Source of the DNA: Geosiphon pyriformis uo1 | Lineage: Eukaryota > Fungi > Glomeromycota | NCBI GenBank assembly: GCA_016748015.1 | Contig: JAAOMT010000135.1 | Coordinates: forward strand, 372,001-436,000 | Direction of reading: 5' to 3' | DNA length: 64,000 bases | Shown: piece after piece, positions 51,901 through 63,210 of the stretch | Layout of the letters: every line of letters starts with the position of its first letter | Numbering within the stretch: the stretch's first letter is position 1 | Notes under the pieces: model-generated | The model's database searches: none | The model's input: only the letters and a program-made list of their open reading frames with translations | Told to the model about the DNA's origin: nothing | Made by a program: the position numbers and the translations under genes

Positions 51901-54900
51901 ACTTGTTTTTCCAAAATAACATTTCTCAATGTTCAACTTCAATCTTGCTTTCCATAATCATTGAAAAACTTCTTGCAGGTAGAAAAGATAGGCTTCAAAG
52001 CTTGGTGAGTATACATTAATGTTATCAAGATAGACAACTACTAATTGTTATAAAAGTCTTTTATATACAACATTCATGAGTTACTGGAATGTTGCTGGTG
52101 CATTGCAAAGTCCAAAAGGCATAATATTGAATTCATAGTTTTTTTTTTGGGTGGTAAATGCTGTTTTGGGTCGATCTTTTAAATCCATTTCAACTTGCCA
52201 GTATCCACTTTTCAAGTCTAAAGTTGAAAAGAACTTGGCTTTTCTTAAAGCATCTAGCATATCATCAATTTTTAGAAAAGGGTAGGCATCTCTAATTGTT
52301 ATATTGTTCAGTTGGCAATAGTCAACACAAAATCTGATTTTTTCATTTTTCTTTTTAACCAAAACTACTGGTGAGACCCATGGACTTCTTGATGGTTGAA
52401 TTAATTTGTTATTGAGCATTTTTTGGACTTTTTTTCTGATGAATTGGTGGCTAGCAGATGGGACTCAATAGATTTGTTGTCATTTTAGTGGAGCATCTCT
52501 TGTATGGATTTAATGTTGAACAATATCAGTTTTTCCAAGATCATTGTTGTTTTTTGCAAATATATCTGCAAATTTAGCTATTAACTGTTTCAGTTGTCTT
52601 TGTTGTTGGGGTTCTAAGAGACCCATGTTGATTTGAGAGAGTTTTTTTTCCAAAAGATGATAGCTTTCAGTAGTAGAGATAATGTTTGGGTTGGGAAGTA
52701 GAGTCTGTCTTATAATTTCGATGAAATTAGAGACAATTTAAGAGTTTTCATCTTGGAAGATGTTACTGTGTATAATTCCAATTTTTAATTTATTTAATAA
52801 GACAATAGAATAATTATTAGGATTGTAGAATATAGCTCAAAATTTCTTTATTTTTTTGGAGATATAAACATTTGAAATTGAGATTTCATGCTTTAAACAG
52901 ATTTGTTTATTGGATTCAAAGATTTATTGAGTAGTGGTGAGTTTTAAGCATGTGTAAATTTTGTAATGTTCTCCAAAAAATGAAATAGTAATTGGTTGGG
53001 AAAATTAAAGAATCTGGTAAGATTTATTCTGTGCATTAAGAGCTATGTTTACTAGAACTGTAAATTATCCAGTTAAACCAAAACCTTGAATTCTTCTTTC
53101 ACTTTTTTCTAATTGTTCTTTGTTGTTAATTGATTGTAAACCCAAAATGTTGATTAAGTGTAGATAAATTGCTTGAACAATTTTTTTAGCATGTGTAATC
53201 TTAAATGGTTTGTTTGTTTTATTCTGTAGTCTGATAGTAATGTCTCCAGTGTATCCTGCATCTATAACTCCTTCTCTAACATTAATTACTTTGCTTGTCA
53301 ATAATAATCAGAAAGCAATTTGTACCATTGTTCCTGGTAGTATTTTAAAAACAATTTTAAAATTGATTTTGGTTAAGAATTTTGGTTGAAGAACCAAAGT
53401 GTTTTTGCCAGAATATCTGAAGTCATATCTTGTATTAATTTCGTGGGCTTTTTCTGGTTTTATTCCTTGTCTATTGTTGTCAAAGTATTTGAGTTGTATA
53501 GCAGGCTGGTTTTCAGTAAGATATATTAGTGTTGTTGTGATTTCTTCCTTTGTTTCAGGTTTCCCAAATTCGATTTTTTCTGGTCATTTTCATTGGGCAA
53601 GAGAATACTAAGAGCATAGCATTCTGGACACCATTTGTCATTACAAAGCATAATGTATTCTTCACACAATTGAATGTTCATTTGCTTTAATTGTTGAATT
53701 TGAGCTTATTAAGTTGGATAAGTGTGGCTTGCAATTTGGTAATATGTTTCCACTTCATTTTCATAGTTAAATCTAGCTAATTTTATTGTGTACTCAATAT
53801 ATTTAGCTTCTTTTATTTGTCGAACATCTTTTTGTGTGGCTCTATTAATTAAAGTCATTGCTAAATCAAAGATTATTTTAGCATTATAAGAATAGTGGTA
53901 AAATTTGTTAAGAGCACTGTTGTATGCTGCATTAAAGGATGTTCCTCTTTTGACTTTTTCCGAAATTGATAGGGCATATTAGCAGGTTTAATCACATATT
54001 TTTTCTCTCATTGCAACATCAATCCAATTGCATTCTTCTGGTAGTATATCTCTACATGTGAGACAAAAAGTGTTGTCCTATTTTCTATTTCTTTTGGAAT
54101 ATTCAAATCGTTTTTTATGGCATGCTTTGCAAAAGTAGCAGATATGAGTTTTATATTTCTCTTCTGGAAAAATATATGCTCCCATTGATAAAAGTTTTTT
54201 TTTGCAATCTTTGCATTTAAGTGGAATATAAAGTGGTTGTTTCCATGGTTCTGGTGTAGAATATCTAACTACATTCCATCCTTTGGTCTCTTCAAAGATT
54301 TTTTGTTCTGTTTTTTCAGCCCAATTGGATAGTGATCCAAAAGCCATAAAGGTTTCAGTAATTGGTAGTTTTTTTTTTTCTTCAAATTTGAATACTGGGG
54401 CTTTCTTAGATTTTTTATTAAAAGTACCACAGGTGACAAATACTCTAGTGTATTGTCTTTGGTATGAAATCTTTAATTCCTGGGTTTCCCAATCTAAATT
54501 TGTATTGGCTTTGTAAAGCCAATTATTTCCGACAAGAGCTTAGTATTGGGATATATCCATGACTAAAACTTTGACTGAAATGGTGATTCTATTGACTGTA
54601 AAAGAGAAGTTGTCAATTTTTTCTACTGGAATTTTCTTCATGCCATTAGCTGTAACAATTACTGTTTGAACTGGTCTGTCAACGTTTTTTCCAAGCTGTT
54701 ATATCAATTGATAGGTAATAATGCTTCCAGCAGATCCACTGTCTAGGATCAAGTGGATTTGTTTTTCTTTTACTTCAGTTTCAGTATACATAGCAGTAAT
54801 TTTTTTTGTTTATTGACTGCTGCATTGCTAAGCAAAAATGGTGATTCATTGGCTTTAAATTCGAATGGGAATATATCTGAAAGATTGGCATTTTGGACAA

Positions 54901-55644
54901 TTTGGGCAATTTGGGTTGATGAAATAGTATTGGTTAGAAGGATTTGATTTTGGTGCTGCAACTTTACCTTCAGAAAGTGCAGTTTGTTAAAAATTCGATT
55001 CTTCTGGCATTGTAAGATAACTGGGTTAAGTGTGGTAGTGATTAGGTCTTTGCTGACCAGAATTTTGGGGAACCAACTGGTTGTTTGAGTTGATTCTATT
55101 GTTATTATTATGGAACTGATTTTGAGATGTGAATTGGTTATGTTGAAACAATCTTTAGGCTGGTATTTGATATTGTTGTGTAAGTGGTTGTTGATACTAT
55201 TGGATTGGTAGAGGTTGTTAATATTGTTGCTGTGGAGCAGGTTGATAGTAATTGGGTTGCTATTGGAGTCTTAAAGAATAATAGACTGGTAGTGGAGGCT
55301 GATAATGAGATTGTTGTGTTGAAGAATAATGTTAATTACTCCTGTTTTGTTGGTTTCTTTGTAGCTTTCTACAATCTTGTTTTCAATGTTCTGAAATTCC
55401 ACAATAGTGACAACTTTGGTTTTGGCTGTTTGTTGATGAGGAGTAGTTGTTTTGGTTTCATTACTGTAGTGGCTAATATTTTTGTGGTTGTTGCTGTTGT
55501 TGTTGGTTGGTAAAATAGTTTTCAACCTTCTTTGTAAGTTAGTTAATTTTTTTTTCAGCTACTGAACTGGTTTTTCCAATAGCAAGATTCACAAGTTTGA
55601 TAGAATTTGCTTCTTTTATTGTCATTTCATAGTTTTTTGCATGT
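47968..55644 (-). mobile_element. Gypsy element E (third lineage): gag end, PR, Cys-rich region, dUTPase, RT, RH, IN, ORF3, PPT, 3' LTR; cut by F
   Basis: ILDSGSAG ~54740; GVIDAGYTG and GFGLTG (53065-53301); RT 52081-52419; IN ~51160-49800; ORF3 ~49550-48960; purine tract then LTR 48938-47968. Confidence 0.88.
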
Positions 55645-56718
55645 TGTTACTCATAGAATATAAGAAATATATTAGCACATGAAATAGCCAATCAGAGATA
55701 ACCATAGTAAATGTGGAATTCCAAGATTCCTCTCAAAAAGAATTGCAGAATTTCAGGAATCCCAGGATTTCTGAGGTGAAAAATCGAGGAATTGAAGAAT
55801 CTCAATTATGTATATATAGCAATAGTGTTAGAAGTAGGAAAGGCAGAATTTTTAGTTAAAAAACCTCTCCATTTAGATTTTTATCTAAGCAACTTTCTAA
55901 ATCACAAATATTAATAAATAATTATTCACTATCTCAATCTACTCTTTACTATTGTTACAATTGAAACCCATAGTTTTTATTAGTTATCACATGTATTAGC
56001 CACTGATGTCATATAATTAGCCACTCTATTTTTAGATAGTAATCATTGACTTGATCAATGACCTGACCGTTAACCTAATCATTGACCTGATTATTGACCT
56101 GATCAATGACCTGATCGTTAACCTGATTGTTGACCTAATCATTGACCACTTTAGATAGCTATATAAGCAATGATTTCCTTAGCTGTAGAATGACATGAAA
56201 AAAGTAACGAAATAAACAATATTAATTACTTCTTTTCATAATCGCTTATTCTCCTTTCCTTACCTTCAAGTATCTACTTGTTGGCATTCACATACCTTAT
56301 CTTTTCCCCTTCTTGATTTGTATTTGTTAGAATTAGTCTGAGAAACAATTGGCTTGCTCTTGTAATTCATTAAATAAAAAAATGATTAAAAAGTACAACG
56401 ATATCTGTTATTGATTCTAAGAATCACCAAGTTGAGGCATAGAATAATAGCAGCGGTGTTATCTTGTTGACAATCATAGACTATTTCTCTACCTTCAGAT
56501 TTAAGAAAAGATTAGCGACTGTGATTTTTATGAGACTGATCATGCACATTGAATTCCTATTTATTCAATTTGCTCCCTTATTGTAATTTCCTCTTTGTTT
56601 ATTTCCATCACCATACAATACTGTTCTCCCTTGTTATCCGTTAGCTTGTTACTCCAACTTGTAACATAAAAGTGGTGCTTCCTGTGAGGTTGTCAAAATT
56701 TACTTATTCCCTCATTGT

Positions 56719-58272
56719 ATGGGTGATTACTCATATCTGTCACAGCAATCAGAAGAACACTTTACAGCACACAACAGAAACGATCTAAATTTCATTGAAC
56801 TTAATCCTCTGCTCTTCTGCTTGATCTGCTTTTCCCTTGAAAAACAATCTAGTAGACAATTCTAAGACTTTTGGAACTGGTTTTTGAATGAGCATTCAGC
56901 TGAAACCTACACAGCTTATACGACTTATTACTTTGACCAAGCTTATTTTGAAAACAACTTTGAAGAAAGAAACAACAGTATCAATTAACTCTTATATTCT
57001 ACAATCTTTGAACAACAGCCTCCTAATTTCGAATATCTGAATCATCAAATCCACATTTGGATTGCTGCCCATCAAGCAACTGAAACTCCCTTTGAAACAG
57101 AAGAAGAAAATTACCAAACTGCCTTTGTTTTTGACCTTTTATTAAGTGAATCAGACTTGTTTATACAAACAGTTACTCCTGAACCAATGGCTAATGACCC
57201 CATGCAAGCAAACATTCTGGCTGCCCTCCAAGGTATACAAACTGCTCTAGGAAGAAGAAACAATACCCCACTACCACTATTTAGAGGTAATGCACAAGAT
57301 CCAATTGAATGGTTGGATGATTTTGAGAGAGCTGTCACAGCCAACCAGTATGATGAAGAATACAAGTTCCAAATCGTTGGTGGCTATCTCCAAGGCTCTC
57401 CTGCTACCTGGTTCTCACAAGAAACAGATGCCAATGTTTAACACAGAATAATCAAATGGACACCAATTAATGCTGAAAAAGAAAATACCTCTTTCACTAC
57501 CCAATTTGAGGCCAAGTTCAGAACTCCAATATTAATATCCAAATGGCGCATGGAATTAGAAAAAAGAACCCAAGGCCCTGAAAAAGTAGTGACTAAATAT
57601 GCCAAGGCTATTAGAAAGCTAATCAAATGTGTAGACTTTGGAAGGAATTGGACAGAAGAGCAGAAAATTCACTTCTTTACAAAAGGATTGAGAACTGATC
57701 TATTATATGCTCTTTGGCCCCTCCTGGCCCTGAAAGATAATCCCACCATGAATATGGCCATTGAATTAGCACAAAAAATTGAAGATAACCAAAGGATGTA
57801 CTTGGGATCCACACTACCAGTTTTTGCTCCTGCTCCTGTCATGGCTCCTGCCTCTCAAATGGCTGCTACTTTTTTTGCCACTTATACTCAAGATTCAAAT
57901 AAACAGTTAATAGACAGACTCACAGCAAATCTTGCCTGGTTATTAGAACTCTTAGCCCAAGCAGTCAGAAAAAATCAACAACCACAAAGACCCAGATTTG
58001 AACCACGCTTCAATCAGCCCCAGCAACCACCTTATCAAAGACAACAAAATTGTGGCCCACCTATATGTTATCGCTGTAGATTAACTGAACACTTCTCAAG
58101 AGATTACAACAATCTTCCACTGCCTCCACCAGTTCCCAGAAACAATGATGCTCAGAACAACAGACCCAACAACAACAATATGACCAACCAAAGACCCAAT
58201 CATGCCAACATCAATTTCTTTGGAGAGGATCTCCTAGTTGAAGCCACTGTTTATTAGCCTTTAAATTGGTAG
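56719..58272 (+). pseudogene. gag of G
   Basis: Colinear with C gag; capsid and CYRC knuckle; several CAA>TAA stops. Confidence 0.9.
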
Positions 58273-60957
58273 GCGCATCTTTAAAGGGTGAGAGTGCAAG
58301 CCAACCAGAAGAAAACCTTTTTTACGCTTTTAACTTAACTGATGATGACCATGACATAGATGAATTAGCAATCAACCCCTCTGAATCCACAAGAAAGAAG
58401 AAGAAAGCCAAAATTGATTTCATTCTGGACCCCAATAAAGCTTTTACATCAACTGCTGACAACAATAAGCCCCCAAAAGCCAAAGTTTTCAAGAATTCTC
58501 CAAAGTTGGAACCTCCAGAAATAGTACAAAAATCCGGCCCCTATTCTGTTGTCAAAGACCTCATGGAAACCCCAGCACATATAACCTTTGGCCAATTAAT
58601 GACCCATCCACAATTCAGAAAAGATCTTTGCAAATCTCTGATTCCAAAGAAAAAGACACCCAAAACCAACAAATGCTCTCGCCAAGCTGGATTTGCTGAC
58701 AATAGCAATGTTACTCCTCTAATTTGTAAAGCCCAAGTGGCTGGCTACTTTATCAATTTGATTCTAGACAGTAGATCATCTGTTAGTGTTATTGCTAAAC
58801 ACTTTCTTGAAGCAATTGGCAGAAAAATTGATGAATCATCCACACAACCAATGACCAATGTGCATGGTGATAAAAAGAAAAAGCTTGGCATAGCCAAAGC
58901 TATTCCTGTCCACATCAATGACATTAGCATTGAAACTGATATGGAAGTATCTGAAGTGAAAGAATACACTATCATTGTTGGCAATGAATGGCTCAAGAAA
59001 GCAAAAACTTTGCTTGATTATGAACTCTGTAAACTAACCATCAGATGTGGTGAGAAACCCATTGTGGTTAAGTGTTACCATTGGACAACTCCCTCAGTAC
59101 CCAAGCAAAGCCCAGAAGAAAATGAATCAGATGAATCAGATAATGAAGAAAGTGAGGAAGAAAAAGAACAAGAAAAAACTGTTAAACTCGCCTATACCAT
59201 CTTTACCAGCAATAACAAACCACTGGATAATGTTAAGACAGATAAAGAAGGAATCATTGTCAATGGCAAGCTGATCTGCTGGCCTTATTATGATATACTC
59301 AGAAGAACCTTTGACAGAAAGCCAGGCAAGAAAGCCAAATACAGTTATTGGTGGCATGATCCTTGTGCCCAGTGCTGGTGTGACAAACCATTGTATTCTC
59401 CTAGTGATGAATGCATGTCCTGCCTGATCTATTACAAAGATTGGGAACCAATCAGCTTGATAACCAATCAGCTTGATAACCCGTGAGGAAAAAAAAGAAG
59501 TCTAAAAGTTCTTTGAAAATGAACCATCTGAAATTCAATCACTGGTTGTAAAACAAAGAGAACCCTCTCCAGAAGAAAGAAAGATAGACATTGAAAACAT
59601 GCTGGTTAGAAACAGCCCAGTTGTCTCAAAAGAAGATGAATTTCCTGGACGTACACATGTGATACAACACACTATCATCACTAGAGAAACTTGCCCCATC
59701 CATTTGAAGCCCTATCAATCCAACTGGCACAATGATGAGTTTATCAAAAAGGAAATAACCTGAATGAAAACTCTTGGATTCATACAAGAAACCAAGAGTG
59801 AATGGGCATTCCCAGTTGTAGTGGTATCCAAAAAAGGAGGAACCCTACGCTTTTGTGTTGACTATTGCCAATTAAATGCCATTACTAAAAGAGACATGTA
59901 CTCACTTCCCAAGATTGATGCAATGCTAAACCAATTCTATGGTACCGCTTTCTTCTTAACCATTGACTTAACTGCTGGATTCTGGCAAATAGAGATGGAT
60001 CCAGAAAGCAGAAAAAAAACTGCTTTTATCACCAAGTATGGCACCTATGAATTCACAGTCATGCCTTTTGGTCTTACAAATGCTCCTCCCACCTTTTAAC
60101 ACTTAATGGACAAAGTATTTGAATCAGTAAATGAAAACTTTGTTCTAGTTTACTTGGATGACATAATGGTATACTCAAAAACCTGGGATAAACACCTTGA
60201 ACATTTGCAAAAGGTTTTTGACCTCCTTAGAAATGCTGGCCTCAAGATCAACCCAATCAAATCATTCTTTGGACGTCAATCCACCCAGTTCCTTGGCCAC
60301 CTTATTACAAAAGATGGAATCTTCCCTGATCCAGCCAAAATTGAAAAAGTTCAAAACATTAGACAACCAATGAATGTTCATGAACTACGCTCTTTTCTTG
60401 GTTTGGTCTCTTATTACCGCAAGTTTGTCAAGAATTTTTCCAAAATTGCTGCTCCTTTCAATCAGCTACTTAGGAAAAACATCAATTATCGGGGCACTCA
60501 TCAATAAAAAGCATTTGAAATTCTAAAGGAAAAACTGGTTACAGAACTCATCCTCATACAACCTAATCTGGATCAACCTTTTATCCTCCACACTGATACA
60601 TCTGGCTATAGACTTGGTGCTGTTCTTTCCTAGAAAAATGAAGATAACAGAGAACACACCATAGCATATGCCAGTAGAACTTTCACACCAGCAGAAAGGA
60701 ACTACTCAGTCACAAAGCAAGAATGCTTAGCAGTAGTTTGGGCTACCAGCTACTGGGACAAATATCTTAAGAGTGTAAAATTTTTGGTGGTAACAGATCA
60801 CCAAGCTTTGGTTTGGCTACGCAACAAAAGAAACCTGGAACATAAACGAATAACTTACTGGATACTCCACTTGGATGAATTTGACTATGACATTCAACAC
60901 TGCAAAGGAGCTAATCATTAAAACACCGATGCTCTCTTCAGACTTACCATCCAGTAA
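58260..60957 (+). pseudogene. pol (PR-RT-RH) of G
   Basis: ILDSRSS, MPFGLTNAP, YLDD, HTDTSG; short tandem duplication at ~59448-59480; stop at the same position as in C. Confidence 0.92.
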
Positions 60958-61028
60958 TAGCAAAACCCTCCCAAACCAAACCAACTTAATTATTTGTAAC
61001 TCCCCCACAAACAAACACGATAATAGAC

Positions 61029-62336
61029 TTGAACAACTATTCTGCCTTAATGGAATTTTTGGGTAAAGGACAATACCCGCTGGACTATACTCGACAGCAA
61101 AAAAAACATTTGCGCAAACAATCAAATTTCTATTTGATTCGCCAGAACCAGTTATATAAAAGAAATAAAAAAGATCTTGACCACCCCCAGAGAGTCATTA
61201 GATTTGAAGAAAGAGAAATTGTGATCTACAATATATATACTGATCCATTAGCTGGACACTTTGGAAAAACAAAAATGATCCAGAAAACTTTAGCTCGCTA
61301 TTATTAGCCTACCTTGGGAAAAAACATTGCTGAATACATCAAAACCTGTAATATCTGCCAAAGAAGAAGAAAACCCAATTGCAAAGAAGATATCCACCCA
61401 ATCTCTGTTGGTCAACTATTTGACAAAATTGGTATAGATGTTGTTGGATCTTTAACAATAACTCCTGATGGCAACAGATACATTATTACAACTACCGACT
61501 ATCTTACAAAGTGGGTAGAAGCAAGAGCCACCCCAGATCAAACAGCAGTCTCAATTGCCAATTTCATTTATGAAGATATTATCTGTCACCACAGCTGCCT
61601 CAAAGAACTTTTATTTGATAGAGGAAGAGTTTTTTTCAGTATACTGGTTGAAGAACTTTGCAGAAAAATGGGAATACATCATAAACTTTCTTCCCCTTAT
61701 CACTCCCAAACAAATGGCTTAGTGGAACGTTTCAATAGAACACTATATGAAACCCTAGCCAAAGCCAGTAAAGAAACCAACCTATGGGACAAAGTATTGC
61801 CTTCAGCTTTGTTCACCTACAGAACCGTGAATCATGACATAACAAGTTATGAAACCTTTTATCTGCTCTATAGACAAATGGCAACTCTACCAATAGAAAC
61901 AGATATAGAAACAATACTTTTTGAAAAAATAACAATAGAAGATTACAAAGACATTTTGCAAAGAAGACTTGGTACCATTCTTGACTTATTGGTAGAAGCA
62001 CAGATAATTGCCTTTGAAAAGATAAAACAGTTCCAAAAGAAGCTCAAAAAGAAAAAAACCTATAAAACACTTTCCTTAAGTATTGGTGACTTAGTTTTGG
62101 AATACCATTCAGACAGAGACAATGTCTATGGTGATAAATTCTCCAGCCGCTAGAAAGGACTTTTTATAGTCAACAAAGTTTTGAACAATGGTTTTTATAT
62201 CTTACAAGATCAATATGGAACAATCTTCAATGATCATCCTGTTCATGGCATACAACTCAAAAAATATCACAAACGACCTAATTGGTTATTTGTTGTGGTA
62301 ATACCAACCCAAATGATCAGCAAAAATCAGATATAA
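61029..62336 (+). pseudogene. Integrase of G (separate frame)
   Basis: Same HHCC/DDE motifs as C; TGG>TAG stops. Confidence 0.9.
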
Positions 62337-62377
62337 ATAAATGCACCATTCCCAAAACAGAGGTATTTTCAATCAAC

Positions 62378-63034
62378 ATGAACAATTATTTCCTGGATCA
62401 AAACATTCAAAACGCTTTCTATACTTTCCATGAGTACTGGATCAAAAATTATCCAAATGCTACTCTGACTATTGGAAAACAAACCACTATAACAGACAAC
62501 AGTGGAACTCACACTGTTATTAGACCAAAGAAAACAACTACCAGAAGAGAAAAAATTGGTGGCAAAATGGATAAATACCTGCTGGAAAGCATAACAGCAG
62601 CAATACTTTCACCTTCCAGCACAATTGGAAAAACAATACAAGAAATCTTGCCCATAGACAAAAACTTGTCATATGGAAGACAACTAGAACTCTATGGTTG
62701 TCTTGGTGAAATCATAGAAGACATGAAGCTCATGAAGAAAACAACTTCAGAGATACAAGAGGAAATTTTGGGCATTATATGATTGGATGTCCCAAGAGTT
62801 TTGACCATTGCTAGAAGAGCCAGAACTCTTATACAAAGATTTGGTCTCTTGGATACAAAACTTATTTCACCTCAAGTATTATATACCTTATCCACAAAAG
62901 ACTTCAACAAACTAGTTAGTTTTGAGTTAGACAAAACTCTTCACATAAACTATTCCATAAATAGCTTGATTTCGCCAGAGCTCAATCTCTTTGGAGAGGA
63001 TGATATTACGGTTGAAACTCATAGTTTTTATTAG
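62378..63034 (+). pseudogene. ORF3 of G
   Basis: 218 codons, one CGA>TGA at 62780; stop lies ~30 nt inside the 3' LTR. Confidence 0.8.
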
Positions 63035-63090
63035 TTATCACATGTATTAGCCACTGATGTTATATAATTAGCCACCCTATTTTTAGATAG

Positions 63091-63210
63091 TGATTGTTGA
63101 CCTGATCAATGACCTGACCATTGACCTGATCATTGACCTGATCAATAACCTGATCGTTGACCTGATTGTTGACTTGATCATTGACCTGATCATTAACCTG
63201 GTCGTTAACC
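63091..63210 (+). repeat. 12-bp tandem array (TGATCRTTGACC) x10 in the G 3' LTR (x9 at 56040-56147)
   Basis: Counted directly; accounts for the LTR length differences 678/714/726. Confidence 0.92.

Noticed and set aside
58760-58780. Protease motif reads DSR instead of DSG in both C and G
   Set aside because: A single G>A change typical of the local decay; two copies cannot show it is a real variant.
62378-63034. ORF3 as an envelope gene or chromodomain
   Set aside because: No signal peptide, TM segment or chromodomain aromatic-cage pattern is visible.
63091-63210. Regular short repeats as a possible CRISPR array
   Set aside because: Contiguous 12-bp units with no spacers, inside eukaryotic LTRs; no cas genes.
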